From a bacterium (lineage in GTDB: Bacteria; Patescibacteriota; Minisyncoccia; UBA6257; WO2-44-18): a stretch of 64,000 nucleotides of DNA. A program made the position numbers and the translations under genes. Shown here one piece after another: positions 42,628 through 52,466 of the stretch. Each line of letters begins with the position of its first letter. Position 1 is the stretch's first letter. The stretch lies in NCBI GenBank assembly GCA_030646995.1, contig JAUSKF010000006.1, positions 99,680-163,679 on the forward strand, in the 5' to 3' direction. Below the pieces are notes generated by a model. The model had not been told where the DNA came from. It worked only from the letters and a program-made list of their open reading frames with translations, and did no database searches.

Positions 42628-42993
42628 ATGGATAAAGATTCCGAAGATATTCTGAAAAAAGCTATCAAGCAGGCAATCGCAAATTCTACAAAAAGGACGA
42701 ATGTTTGGCCACCACCCCAACCATCTTTTTTGACCAACTATTTAGTAAAATCAATAGGTACATTTATAGATCTTTCAATAAAAGAAACGGGTGGGAAAAT
42801 AGTAGTATTTTTCCAATTACAGAATTATAAAAAACCGCCTCAATTGGACACTGAAAAAATATTTAAGCAAGGAGTATTTTGGACAGCATTTTTTGATGTA
42901 GAAAATTACAGAGATACCCCAGCTAATATTAGTAATTTTGAACAGCTTGCGCTCTCAGACCAAGTAATTTTTTTGAAGAAATATTTAAAATAA
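42628..42993 (+). CDS. Hypothetical protein (AT-rich islet)
   Basis: 121 aa; low GC relative to neighbours; no motif recognised. Confidence 0.35.
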   Translation: MDKDSEDILKKAIKQAIANSTKRTNVWPPPQPSFLTNYLVKSIGTFIDLSIKETGGKIVVFFQLQNYKKPPQLDTEKIFKQGVFWTAFFDVENYRDTPANISNFEQLALSDQVIFLKKYLK

Positions 42994-42999
42994 AAATTA

Positions 43000-44154
43000 T
43001 CAAATATTTCTATTTTTAATCACCCGCACGAGAACAGCTCTCTTCTTGTTTATAAAAATGTACTGTAGAGATTTTTTAAGTATCTTGAGATTAACAGCGT
43101 GTATATCTTTTACGCCATACCATTTTACTTTTTCCGAGTGTTTTCTAAAATGAGGAGTAAACAAAAATTTTATACTTCCATATACATCAGGTGCATAATT
43201 ATAAGATGGCAAATAACTTTTTAATATATGCCTTTGTACGAACATGGGAACCTTTAACAAAGTTGTAAGTTTTTCATAACCAACGATTCTACGCTCCATT
43301 CGTTCTTTGTTGGAATCAAATTTTTCTTGAGTTAAATTATTAGGTGCTTCTTTTTGAACATACAAAACATAAAGATGTCCTTTTAAACCAAGATTCACCA
43401 GATAGCGTAATTCTTCGTCTAGCCGTGCATCATGCCCTGAATCAAGCATAATATTGTAGTCCATACTCCTAGCTTCATTTTTTAGATCAAAACCGCACTT
43501 ATCACAATTAAATTTTTCAGATCTTATAGTGTTTCTTTTTTTACATTGCGAACAAACTACCAAAACAGCCGCGGAACCATCGCCATCCATCATTCCTGCT
43601 AAAAAAGCGGCGTTCTGTTCTTCATTCAATTCAGAAAATATTTTCGGCGGTAATCTTTTCTGAAAAATTTTAAAAAATGAAGTGATCTCCGGATTATCGT
43701 CAAAAAATAATCCGTATTCCAAAAGGTGTTCTACAAAATTTTTAGGAATAGGACAAAATATTTTAAAATGAACCTCGCTTTCTCTGGTTCCCTCAAAACG
43801 ATTCTGCAATAAATCAATGTCGATGACTTGTTCAAATGTTTTGTTTCCTTTTACGATAAAGATTTTAAATCCTTCCTCCGAAATGGGAAGTAATTTGTTT
43901 TTACACAAATGTAAAAACATCAATATCAAATCATCCTTATTTCCACATACAATGTAAAGCGATTCATCTTTCAGGTATCCTTTCAGATTGGCGGCAAAAC
44001 TTTTAAAATATTTTCCGTACCCAACGGACATATCAGTAAACAAAGAACCCCACAGTTGAAACTGTATAGGTAGCCAATCTGATGGATTTTTCAACCAATC
44101 ATCAGGTTTTATCTTGTCATATTTAGCAAGTATTTGTTTCTGTTCTTCGCTCAT
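43000..44154 (-). CDS. Hypothetical protein with LAGLIDADG-type motif and CxxC...CxxC zinc ribbon (AT-rich islet)
   Basis: AAFLAGMMDGDGS motif followed by CSQCKK...CDKCG; GC content about 30%; start overlaps the stop of the HTH remnant (ATGA). Confidence 0.5.
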   Translation of the reverse strand: MSEEQKQILAKYDKIKPDDWLKNPSDWLPIQFQLWGSLFTDMSVGYGKYFKSFAANLKGYLKDESLYIVCGNKDDLILMFLHLCKNKLLPISEEGFKIFIVKGNKTFEQVIDIDLLQNRFEGTRESEVHFKIFCPIPKNFVEHLLEYGLFFDDNPEITSFFKIFQKRLPPKIFSELNEEQNAAFLAGMMDGDGSAAVLVVCSQCKKRNTIRSEKFNCDKCGFDLKNEARSMDYNIMLDSGHDARLDEELRYLVNLGLKGHLYVLYVQKEAPNNLTQEKFDSNKERMERRIVGYEKLTTLLKVPMFVQRHILKSYLPSYNYAPDVYGSIKFLFTPHFRKHSEKVKWYGVKDIHAVNLKILKKSLQYIFINKKRAVLVRVIKNRNI

Positions 44155-44157
44155 GAT

Positions 44158-44253
44158 TTTAAAAGTTTATCGACAGAAACGCCAAGTGCTTTTACGAGGC
44201 GTTCAAGCTGATTAAGAGTAATGTTCTTTTCCCCCATTCTCTATAGCACTCAT
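44158..44253 (-). pseudogene. Frameshifted remnant of an XRE-family HTH regulator gene abutting the tRNA-Ala 3' end
   Basis: Frame 0 gives MSAIENGGKEHYS* (HTH helix 3, IENGK-like); the +1 frame gives MGEKNITLNQLERLVKALGVSVDKLLKS* (helices 4-5); together they make a cI/XRE-like HTH split by a frameshift. Confidence 0.55.
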
Positions 44254-44296
44254 ATATCCTCTGTCCATTTTTAAAAATCTGCAAATGGCGCTTTCT

Positions 44297-44370
44297 TGGT
44301 GGACCCGAGGGGAATCGAACCCCTGCCTCGGCAATGCGAATGCCGCGTAATGCCACTTTACTACGGGCCC
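44297..44370 (-). tRNA. tRNA-Ala (anticodon CGC), CCA encoded
   Basis: Manual fold: acceptor GGGCCCG/CGGGTCC with a G3:U70 pair, D-stem GTAA/TTAC, anticodon stem CGGCA/TGCCG with loop TTCGCAT, T-loop TTCGATT; 74 nt. Confidence 0.85.
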
Positions 44371-44378
44371 CTCTCTGG

Positions 44379-45398
44379 CTATCTAGTGTAGTAGAATATC
44401 TCCAAAATTATCAAGGCGAACCAACCGACTTGAAGCACGAAGAAAAGAATTATTTGGATTAATTCCATCAGGTGAGTTCTGGAAATGCTGAAGTTCTCGG
44501 AGACGATTGAATAGATGTCTTCTAGGGAATCCAGCTTCTCTTTTACCACCCTTCTCCATTCCTCGAGTTTATATTTCTTTGAAGCGAGGCCATATAAACG
44601 GGCAGAGTACCAATCCCCAATCAGTTTGATGTCCCGATCGATGGTTTCAAATTCGGCGATAGCTTTTGAGCGCGCTTGGATCACTTCTTGAAAGGCGCTT
44701 TCTATATCCTTTCTTTTAAACGAGATGATTTTAGTATCGGGATTTTGAGTGAATTTGTTGATGCGAGCCAATTTATTGTCTAAGTCATAATCTAGGGCGC
44801 GGTAGCGGAGCAGTTGCAAATTTGCTGTCTGTAATAGGTCCACGATGTCATCTATTTCTCCCTTGGTATCGAACACGAAGGATCCGTCCCAGTCCACGAT
44901 TACCATATCGTTCTGGCTGTATTTAATTTGGGAGGCGAGGGTGTAGGCGATTTCGTTTTCATCCAACGGCTCTCTTTCGGACTTCAAAAATGCGGCAATT
45001 TGCTCGCTTTTGTTCAGGAATTGCTCCGGATCACCGTCATATCCGGACACCAATGCAATTGAATATTCTTCACTCAATCCAATGTTGCCGCCTTTTTTCT
45101 GGGAGATTTTTTGGCAGGCATTAATCAATTCTTCGCGTAGCTTGAAAGCTTTTTCCGAGAAAACATCATCGACTTCGATTGAAGCCTCAACGACGAAATT
45201 TTCCGGAGGATAAGAACGCACAAAAAACTTTACTTCCTTTCCTCCAACCATGGCTTTTTCCTCTGACATGGCGAATTGGTGGGGGATGGCGGATTCGTAG
45301 TATTGAGGGGCGCTCTGGAGTGGTTTTTGTTCCAGAACTGCACCTTTTTTGAGGCGGGGGGACTCGGAGATTACAAATGAGATAATCTTATGCATCAA
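44379..45398 (-). CDS. Hypothetical protein with C-terminal TM anchor
   Basis: 339 aa; single C-terminal hydrophobic helix; no motif recognised. Confidence 0.45.
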   Translation of the reverse strand: MMHKIISFVISESPRLKKGAVLEQKPLQSAPQYYESAIPHQFAMSEEKAMVGGKEVKFFVRSYPPENFVVEASIEVDDVFSEKAFKLREELINACQKISQKKGGNIGLSEEYSIALVSGYDGDPEQFLNKSEQIAAFLKSEREPLDENEIAYTLASQIKYSQNDMVIVDWDGSFVFDTKGEIDDIVDLLQTANLQLLRYRALDYDLDNKLARINKFTQNPDTKIISFKRKDIESAFQEVIQARSKAIAEFETIDRDIKLIGDWYSARLYGLASKKYKLEEWRRVVKEKLDSLEDIYSIVSENFSISRTHLMELIQIILFFVLQVGWFALIILEIFYYTR

Positions 45399-45591
45399 GG
45401 TGTTCTAAGGGGTCTATCTTCCTAGTATGCCACAGATTGGCCAAAAAATCCTGAAATTTACATAGCATAGCCAAAAGAACTCGGATGGGTTATATATGTT
45501 AGTATTAGATACGGGCATTTGAGCCTATTTGAGCCTATTTCAATACTGAAGAGGGTCAAAGGGTAACCCAAGCGCCCCCTATTCGTTATAT

Positions 45592-46134
45592 ATGCTAGAG
45601 GGAGAAATCAATTTAATAAAAGCGGCCAAAGACGGCGATCATGCCAGTTTTGGTAAGCTCTACGACCACTACATAACCCCTATTTACCGGTTTGTGATGG
45701 TTAAGACTAACCATAAGCCTGATGCCGAAGATTTGACCCACGAGGTCTTCCTTAGCGCTTGGCAGAACCTGAAAAACTATAAGTTTCAGGGCTTTCCGTT
45801 CTCCAGCTGGTTGTACCAGATTGCCAGGAATAAGGTAATCGACCACTACCGCACCAAGAAGATGCACTATGGCATTGATGATGTGGATGAAAATATTTTC
45901 GAGGTGGTGGGAGCCTTAGAAAGTGGTTTGGATCGGTCTATCGCGCTTGAGTCGGTAAAAGAAGCAGTTGCTTCTTTGAGTCCCGATCAGCAAGACGTGA
46001 TCGTGATGAAATTTATTGAAGATTTATCCAACGAAGAAATCGCCGCCGCTTTAAAGAAAAGCGATGGCGCCGTCCGGTTACTTCAGCATCGAGCTGTAAA
46101 TAATCTGAAAGCAAAGCTATGGAAGACCAATTAA
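45592..46134 (+). CDS. RNA polymerase sigma factor, ECF subfamily
   Basis: Sigma-70 region 2 (DLTHEVFLSAWQ...YQIARNKVIDHYR) and region 4 (LSNEEIAAALKKSDGAVRLLQHRAVNNLK); a GTAACC-N16-CGTT ECF-like promoter lies immediately upstream. Confidence 0.85.
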   Translation: MLEGEINLIKAAKDGDHASFGKLYDHYITPIYRFVMVKTNHKPDAEDLTHEVFLSAWQNLKNYKFQGFPFSSWLYQIARNKVIDHYRTKKMHYGIDDVDENIFEVVGALESGLDRSIALESVKEAVASLSPDQQDVIVMKFIEDLSNEEIAAALKKSDGAVRLLQHRAVNNLKAKLWKTN

Positions 46135-46511
46135 TCAAAATTTTAAAATCGCTTAAATCTATTACCCCAGATGAAGGGTTTATTTCCCGTTCTAAAAATC
46201 TGGTCACCGCCGCTTCCCAGCATAGCGCCGGCTGGTTTATTTTCCGGGGCAGTGTTTTGCAAAGTATTAAAATGGGCGCTGCCTTAACTTTGGCGAGCGG
46301 CTTGCTCTTTATCGTTTTGGGAGGCATCTCTTTCTTCAATATCCGCAATCTTTCTCCAGTAATGCTTTCTAGCGTCAATAAAGAAAATATCGAAGCAGAA
46401 GCGGAAAATCTGGATTTTCAAATTCAGCTCGGGCAGGTGAAATATGATGTCGATTCGGAAAAAGCTATTGGAGCGCAGATAGATGCAGTATTAAAGAATC
46501 TAAGTCTATGA
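46119..46511 (+). CDS. Putative membrane-anchored anti-sigma factor
   Basis: Overlaps the 3' end of the sigma gene; single TM helix (ALTLASGLLFIVLGGISFF); typical ECF operon position. Confidence 0.5.
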   Translation: MEDQLIKILKSLKSITPDEGFISRSKNLVTAASQHSAGWFIFRGSVLQSIKMGAALTLASGLLFIVLGGISFFNIRNLSPVMLSSVNKENIEAEAENLDFQIQLGQVKYDVDSEKAIGAQIDAVLKNLSL

Positions 46512-47278
46512 TTTTTGATAATAGTAAGTTAAGGATGGCCCGCCTAGACTCGGCGAGGCTGGCGACCATTATGGTCGCCGTGAGTTTTCTTGGGGGCGTT
46601 AGCCCGGTTTTGGCTACGGGAATTATTCCGACTGCCTCTGCTCAGTCTGAAGCCGTCAAAACTGCCCTAGAGACTTTGGATAATCAAGAAGTTGAGCTTT
46701 CCCCACGGGATCAATTAAGGGGAGTTTTGGGTGTACTAATGGCTCAAATAGATGATTTAAAGGCGGGCTTATTGTCGATTAAGGGCTTGAACGAAGCGCA
46801 GTTGGAAAAAAGAGGAGAGCATCTGGATTTTCTTAAAGATGCCGCCGGCTTTATTCTGGCTTTGCAGATTGACGCTGAATCGGCTGATGTAAAATTTGTT
46901 GCCGAAGAATTGCAGGAATGGCGGGAGGAAGTCTTTAATCCCGGTGTTAAAAATATAGTGGATTTTTCTTTGGTGTTCCAAGTTCAGACGGTTCTGCGGA
47001 TTGCCGAGGCTCGCTATATGAAGATTCATTCTGATGTGGGTCGTTTGGAAGATTTGAAGATTTTAAAAAACAATCGCGCTCGTTCTCTATTGAGCGAATC
47101 CAGGCTTTTGTTGACTAGCGCCGCTAATCTACGTAGCCAGGCGAGCGAGCTGTTGCTTAGCGGAGAAGAGGAGGACGGGCAGATTCGCCAGCTCTTAAAT
47201 GGCTCCATCACTAGAATCAGGTTGGCTTATAAGAAATTCTTAGAAATAAGCCAGCTAGTGAAAGATTCTTTGAAATAA
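46508..47278 (+). CDS. Hypothetical secreted helical protein (ECF operon)
   Basis: Signal-peptide-like N-terminus; overlaps the previous gene by 4 nt; terminator follows. Confidence 0.45.
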   Translation: MIFDNSKLRMARLDSARLATIMVAVSFLGGVSPVLATGIIPTASAQSEAVKTALETLDNQEVELSPRDQLRGVLGVLMAQIDDLKAGLLSIKGLNEAQLEKRGEHLDFLKDAAGFILALQIDAESADVKFVAEELQEWREEVFNPGVKNIVDFSLVFQVQTVLRIAEARYMKIHSDVGRLEDLKILKNNRARSLLSESRLLLTSAANLRSQASELLLSGEEEDGQIRQLLNGSITRIRLAYKKFLEISQLVKDSLK

Positions 47279-47281
47279 AAA

Positions 47282-47310
47282 CTGCCCCCTCACGAGGCAG
47301 TTTTTATTTT
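47282..47310 (+). terminator. Rho-independent terminator
   Basis: ctgccccctcacgaggcag hairpin followed by tttttatttt. Confidence 0.75.
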
Positions 47311-47498
47311 TACTACAACTTATTTAAACGATAGTTTTGGTCTGGGGCGATTGGTTTGAGGAACATCTCGGAGGTATGCGAGCTTGGTTCGGTCGTTTTC
47401 CATTTAAACCGACCGAGCGCATACCGAGAGAGAAGCGCTGCTTGCCGTTGGAGCAAGCGGACGCTGTGTCCGAAAACTAATTGCCCCAGTTATCAAAA

Positions 47499-47774
47499 CT
47501 ATCTGACCGCGTCCTTCAATCCCTGTCCTGCTTTGAACTTTGGCTTGGTCATCGCCGGAATCTGAAGCTTCTCTCCAGTTTTCGGGTTGACGCCCATCCG
47601 AGCTTTCGCTTTGACGACTCTGAAAGTGCCAAATCCGGTTACGCCGACTTCTTCTCCGCGGCTCAAGGTTTTAGTGATGGTATCAAATACTGCGTTCACC
47701 GCTTCCTGCGCAGCTTTTTTCGTTTCCAATCCGGCTGCTTTCATTACGGCCTCTATTAATCCTTCTCTTTTCAT
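47499..47774 (-). CDS. hup: DNA-binding protein HU
   Basis: GFGTFRVVKAKARMGVNPKTGEKLQIPAMTKPKFKAG arm motif. Confidence 0.9.
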   Translation of the reverse strand: MKREGLIEAVMKAAGLETKKAAQEAVNAVFDTITKTLSRGEEVGVTGFGTFRVVKAKARMGVNPKTGEKLQIPAMTKPKFKAGQGLKDAVR

Positions 47775-48035
47775 AATATTTTTTTATTTTTGAACGACCT
47801 TGCTTCCTTGGATTCATTATACAGAATGGCCGTTGAAAAACCAAAGACCCCACTTGCGCGGGGTCTTTAGCCACAAATTGATCCGGGTACTTCTCGATCC
47901 GGCTTGCGCTGGACTGAGCAATACTCACAATCACTCTGTTTTCTATTATAATCTATTTGACACCAGGAGTCAAGTTCTGTATTATGTGGATAAGTCGTAT
48001 GCAGTCAATTTATATTAACGAAATTTCAATTAAAC

Positions 48036-49526
48036 ATGGAACAAACACTCCTGTTCGGGGGCGCTTTACTGTTGGTGGGCACAGCTTTGGGGTATCTCGT
48101 TCGTCAATTACTCTCCGCCAAACACGCTAGCTCCGTCGAGCAAAAATCTAAGCAGATAATTCTTGAGGCGCAAGAAAAAGCCGTCGGTCTTTTGGACGAA
48201 GCAAAAAAAGAAGAGCGTGAGAGAAAAATTCAGGTAGATAAATTGGAAGAGCGAGCACGTCACAAAGAGGAGACATTGGATCAACAATCCAAGGATTTGG
48301 TTAATCAGGAAATTCAGCTAAAGGCAGAATTGGGCAAGGTAGAGCAATCCAAAAAAGACATCGCGGAGGTACAAAACAAAGCCGTTGCGCAATTGGAAAA
48401 GATCGCCGGTTTGTCGGCCGCCGAAGCCAAAACTCGCTTATTGGCCGAAGTTGAAGACCAGCATCGTCATGAATTAGTGAGAAAGTTGCAGGAATTGGAA
48501 AAAGATAAGCGAGAGCAGATTGAAAAGAAGAGTTTGGAGATTATCACCGGAGCAATGCAGAGATATGCCCGCTCTCACGTGGCTGATTTGACCACTACCG
48601 TTTTCACTATTCCTAATGAAGAGATGAAAGGTAAAATCATCGGCCGTGAAGGAAGAAATATCCGCACCTTAGAGCGTTTAACGGGCGCGGAATTGATTAT
48701 GGATGAATCGCCGGAGAATATTATTATTTCTTCGTTCGACCCATTGCGTCGCGAAACCGCCAGAATGGCTTTGGAGAAGTTGATTAAAGACGGCCGTATT
48801 CAGCCGGCGAAAATCGAAGAGAAGGTTGAGGAGGCGAAGAATGAATTGGAGAAGCGGATGCAGGAGATTGGGGAGCAGGCTGCTTTGGAGCTTGGCATTA
48901 TCGATTTTCCGAAAGAGATTTTGCAATTGATTGGCCGCCTACATTTCCGCACCAGTTACGGGCAGAATGTTTTGGTTCATTCCGTTGAAATGGCGCACAT
49001 CTCCGGCATTATGGCCGCTGAATTGGGAGCCAATGTGGAAATCGCTAAGCGTGGCGCTTTACTCCACGACATCGGCAAGGCTATCAGCCATGAAGTTGAA
49101 GGCACGCACGTTAATTTGGGCCGCAAGATTTTGCAGAAATATAATATTGACCCGAAAGTTATTTTGGCGATGGAGGCTCATCACGAGGAATATCCGTTTG
49201 CCACCACTGAAGCCTTTATCGTGGCTTGCGCTGATATTTTGTCGGCTGCTCGCCCAGGTGCCCGCCGCGATACGGTAGAAAATTACTTGAAGCGCTTGGA
49301 GAACTTGGAAAAGATCGCCACTAGCTTTGCGGGTGTGAAGCAGGCCTATGCCTTGTCTGCTGGCCGTGAAATCCGCATTTTCGTAGTGCCGGAAAAGATT
49401 GATGATTTCGGCGCTTACCAGCTGGCCAAAGATGTGGCTACGAAAGTGCAGGCAGAGTTGAAGTATCCGGGTGAGATTAAGGTGAATGTGATTCGGGAAA
49501 CCCGCGCGGTTGAATTTGCGAAGTAA
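48036..49526 (+). CDS. rny: Ribonuclease Y
   Basis: N-terminal TM, coiled coil, KH domain (IIGREGRNIRTLE) and HD domain (HSVEMAH...LLHDIGK). Confidence 0.9.
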   Translation: MEQTLLFGGALLLVGTALGYLVRQLLSAKHASSVEQKSKQIILEAQEKAVGLLDEAKKEERERKIQVDKLEERARHKEETLDQQSKDLVNQEIQLKAELGKVEQSKKDIAEVQNKAVAQLEKIAGLSAAEAKTRLLAEVEDQHRHELVRKLQELEKDKREQIEKKSLEIITGAMQRYARSHVADLTTTVFTIPNEEMKGKIIGREGRNIRTLERLTGAELIMDESPENIIISSFDPLRRETARMALEKLIKDGRIQPAKIEEKVEEAKNELEKRMQEIGEQAALELGIIDFPKEILQLIGRLHFRTSYGQNVLVHSVEMAHISGIMAAELGANVEIAKRGALLHDIGKAISHEVEGTHVNLGRKILQKYNIDPKVILAMEAHHEEYPFATTEAFIVACADILSAARPGARRDTVENYLKRLENLEKIATSFAGVKQAYALSAGREIRIFVVPEKIDDFGAYQLAKDVATKVQAELKYPGEIKVNVIRETRAVEFAK

Positions 49527-49831
49527 GGGTTCACCAGCTGCTTTTCTCGCAACCCGCTCTGGTTAGATAAAGCCAATTCACTCCGGTTGATTTTTTAGAT
49601 AAATCGAACAGCTCCCGTTCCTCCCTTCGGGATTTTCCGGCCATTCGATTTATTCGCTAAAAAATCCGCCCTTCGTTCATTGTTTTATGGCTAACCTGCG
49701 CTTATGGTTGCTACGAAAAGAGCTGGCTCTCTTTGTTCTTAAGGTAGGCGAGTTCTCGCCTTGGGGATTTTTCATTTTACAAAAGATCAAAAATTGATTA
49801 TTATCTTTTGGTTCATTGAAGGAGTGGCGCT

Positions 49832-50080
49832 ATGGGTTCGTTTAAGGATTTGCCTGAATTGCGCGCAGAAAAAGCAGTTCTCCGCGCTCTGAAAAGCGGG
49901 CGGCCACAAAAATTCCAGCCGTTACTTATGGGGCTTTATCGCAAATTTGCTCCAGTCTATTACCCCAAACTCGCACCTACAATCGTTGACGCTCTCTGGC
50001 GGTTACAGACTATGGGGCGCATCAAGTTTACCCCCGGCAGGAAATACCAGCTCGTGAAGTTCAGAAAGCAGCCGCGCTAA
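49832..50080 (+). CDS. Hypothetical small basic protein
   Basis: 82 aa; preceded by the shared ttattatcttttggttcattgaaggag promoter-leader motif; terminator follows. Confidence 0.4.
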   Translation: MGSFKDLPELRAEKAVLRALKSGRPQKFQPLLMGLYRKFAPVYYPKLAPTIVDALWRLQTMGRIKFTPGRKYQLVKFRKQPR

Positions 50081-50202
50081 GCGCGGTTTTTTATTGACAA
50101 GGCAGGAAAAATTAGTTATTATCTTTCCGGTTCGTTGAAAGGCTAAATCAATCCATCGTGGATTGATCGCCCGATCAACGAGGTTGATCTAGGGAGGTAG
50201 CC

Positions 50203-50568
50203 GTGAAGAAGGTTGCTCTGCTGGCTCTCGTCGCCGTGCTGTCCGTGGGGTGCGCCGCTTCGCGTTTATATAGCCAGTGGGGTATGGAAAGAAAGGGCAT
50301 CGGCTATGTTCAAGAAGTACGAAAAGAAAAGGAAAATGGCGTCATTGTTTACTCGGTGGTTATTCATTATAAGGGCAGGCCTAGTGAGCCGTTCCGCACT
50401 TATGAACCCGCGTTTTCCTCTCTAACTTTGGGCGATGAGGTGCGCCTGGAGCTTAGTCATTATGTGACTATAGGCAGTGAGGTGGTCACCGCGGAATACC
50501 TGGCATCTAATTACAAGCTGGACAAAAAGTTTCTACGGCGCACTTCTTTTTGCATCACTTTTAAGTAA
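50203..50568 (+). CDS. Small lipoprotein (paralogous array member 1)
   Basis: GTG start 7 nt after agggagg; lipobox LSVGC. Confidence 0.6.
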   Translation: MKKVALLALVAVLSVGCAASRLYSQWGMERKGIGYVQEVRKEKENGVIVYSVVIHYKGRPSEPFRTYEPAFSSLTLGDEVRLELSHYVTIGSEVVTAEYLASNYKLDKKFLRRTSFCITFK

Positions 50569-50668
50569 GCATCTCGCAAGTTGACGAAGCGGGGGAATTC
50601 GACTATTATCTGTCTTGGTTCGCCCCTTACATAAATTATGTGAGGGATTCATTAAAAAGGAGGTAGCC

Positions 50669-51094
50669 GTGAAGAAGTTTGCTCTGTTGTCTCTCGTTGC
50701 CGTGCTGGCGTTCGGGCTCGCGGGGTGCGCTACTTCTCAAGAGGGCTGGAGTAAGGGTCTTAAGGATGACCGCCATGCGACCGTTTGCGGCAAGGAACTT
50801 GCTCTAGTTTCGTCGCCGGATGACCCTAACGGGACCCGATCGGAGTACCGCATCCAGCTTACTTGGCATGAGGTAGAGCGCGGGGCACATCCGGTGCTTT
50901 GGGCGATTGTCAGCGAAAAGACCTACGAGGTGACTAATATTTCTGATAAGGTTGTCCTTGCGTCCTGCGATTTCGGTCAATCAAACGGTCACGTGACTGT
51001 GAAGTTTATGTGGATGGATGAACGGACGTGCGAGATCAATGAGGCGAAGTATGAATATGATCTTCCGTGGGATTGGCCCGGCCGGAAAAAGTGA
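50669..51094 (+). CDS. Small lipoprotein (array member 2)
   Basis: GTG start after aggaggtagcc (identical RBS context to member 1); lipobox LAGC. Confidence 0.6.
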   Translation: MKKFALLSLVAVLAFGLAGCATSQEGWSKGLKDDRHATVCGKELALVSSPDDPNGTRSEYRIQLTWHEVERGAHPVLWAIVSEKTYEVTNISDKVVLASCDFGQSNGHVTVKFMWMDERTCEINEAKYEYDLPWDWPGRKK

Positions 51095-51450
51095 ACTATA
51101 CAGCCCTCGCTCCGCGGGGGCTTTTTATTTGACTTGATACGAAAGATGAATTATTGTTCCTTTGGCTTCTTTGAAGGAGTAGCCTCCTTCCTTCCTGTAA
51201 TCCCTCGCTGCGTTGGCGAGTTAAAACTCCAGGATACAAGGAGGGAGGAGGCAGTCGTAGACTCTACGGCAACGACGAATGACGACGTTGCCTGGAGTTT
51301 TAACCCCAACCCGGTCGGGATGCTGAAATTTTAGCTCACAGCATTGTTGCTCGGCTTGGAGATAGATTTCTATTCTCCAAGCCTCGCGTCTCGCTGTGAA
51401 CAAAAATTTCTAGCATCGCGGCTGAGGTTTACAAGAAGGAAGGAGGCCGT

Positions 51451-51864
51451 ATGCATAAGATTGCTCAGCTGATGTTGGTTGCAGCGCTGGCGTTCGGGCT
51501 TGCGGGGTGCGCCGGCAGTTTCAGGAAGCCGTGGAACTTTCCTGATCCCGATAAGGCAACCATTGTCGATGTTTGGAGCAGTGATGAGACTGGCGAAGAT
51601 CAGAGTGGCGAATCTTATGTTGTGGTGTTTGAGCAAAGGGAGCGATTTGTGGAATTGAGCGTAGATAAGGCCACCTTTGATTCTGTTCACGAGGGCGACA
51701 CGGTGGAGATCGAACTGATCTCCATTACCTCCACCGAAGATAATAGGTACATCCTTGAAGTTGAATATCTCTGGCATGTGGGTGGTCAGAAATATCCGGT
51801 TATTTTCCGATGGGACGCCAAAGATCGTCCCGTCCGCCCTAAAACGGACCCGTCCCGCACATAG
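51451..51864 (+). CDS. Small lipoprotein (array member 3)
   Basis: Lipobox LAGC; RBS aggaggc; terminator cccgcacataggttatgtgtggg at 51853-51877. Confidence 0.6.
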   Translation: MHKIAQLMLVAALAFGLAGCAGSFRKPWNFPDPDKATIVDVWSSDETGEDQSGESYVVVFEQRERFVELSVDKATFDSVHEGDTVEIELISITSTEDNRYILEVEYLWHVGGQKYPVIFRWDAKDRPVRPKTDPSRT

Positions 51865-51941
51865 GTTATGTGTGGGATTTTTTATTGGACAAAGCCATAG
51901 TATTTCGCTAATATCTATTCAGTTTTTAAGAGGAGGCAGAC

Positions 51942-52355
51942 ATGAAGAGTCCGATGCTGTTATCGATTATTCTGTTCGCCGGTTGTCGTATGCAGACAAC
52001 GCATGAGGATCCGACACAGACGATGCGCGAAGAGCCGATTGATCCGGCCAATCCGCCACCGAAGATTTCGGTGACGGTTAAGCTGGTGGAGTATCCGACT
52101 AAGGATGTTTCAGTGAAGCTGACTAAGGTGGTGTTTGTGTGGCGCGGAGCCGCCAGCAATCCCATCTATATTTTCGGAGATCAGCGGGAGAGCGTACGCG
52201 TCGGTCAGGTGATTGAAAACTGCATTATCTGGGATCTTTACTATAGAGGAGACAGATCTGACTATATTTATCAGCTGGATTATAGGCCATTCGACTTTCC
52301 CCGCCTGCTGTATTTTTCGAAGAACTTGATAGTCCCCGGAGATCCCAAAAAATGA
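51942..52355 (+). CDS. Small lipoprotein (array member 4)
   Basis: Lipobox FAGC; shares the KVVFVWRG...P(I/V)Y(I/L)(F/H)GDQ core with member 5. Confidence 0.6.
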   Translation: MKSPMLLSIILFAGCRMQTTHEDPTQTMREEPIDPANPPPKISVTVKLVEYPTKDVSVKLTKVVFVWRGAASNPIYIFGDQRESVRVGQVIENCIIWDLYYRGDRSDYIYQLDYRPFDFPRLLYFSKNLIVPGDPKK

Positions 52356-52466
52356 AGTCACCCCGCATTGCCCGGTGCCAAATATATTTGGCACCGGGTT
52401 GCGGGGATTTTTTTGACTAGAAAGTAAAAATCATTTACCATCTAGTTGACTCATTAGGAGGCTATT

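Noticed and set aside
51370-51777. 135-aa minus ORF overlapping lipoprotein gene 51451
   Set aside because: Antisense to a gene with clear RBS, lipobox and terminator.
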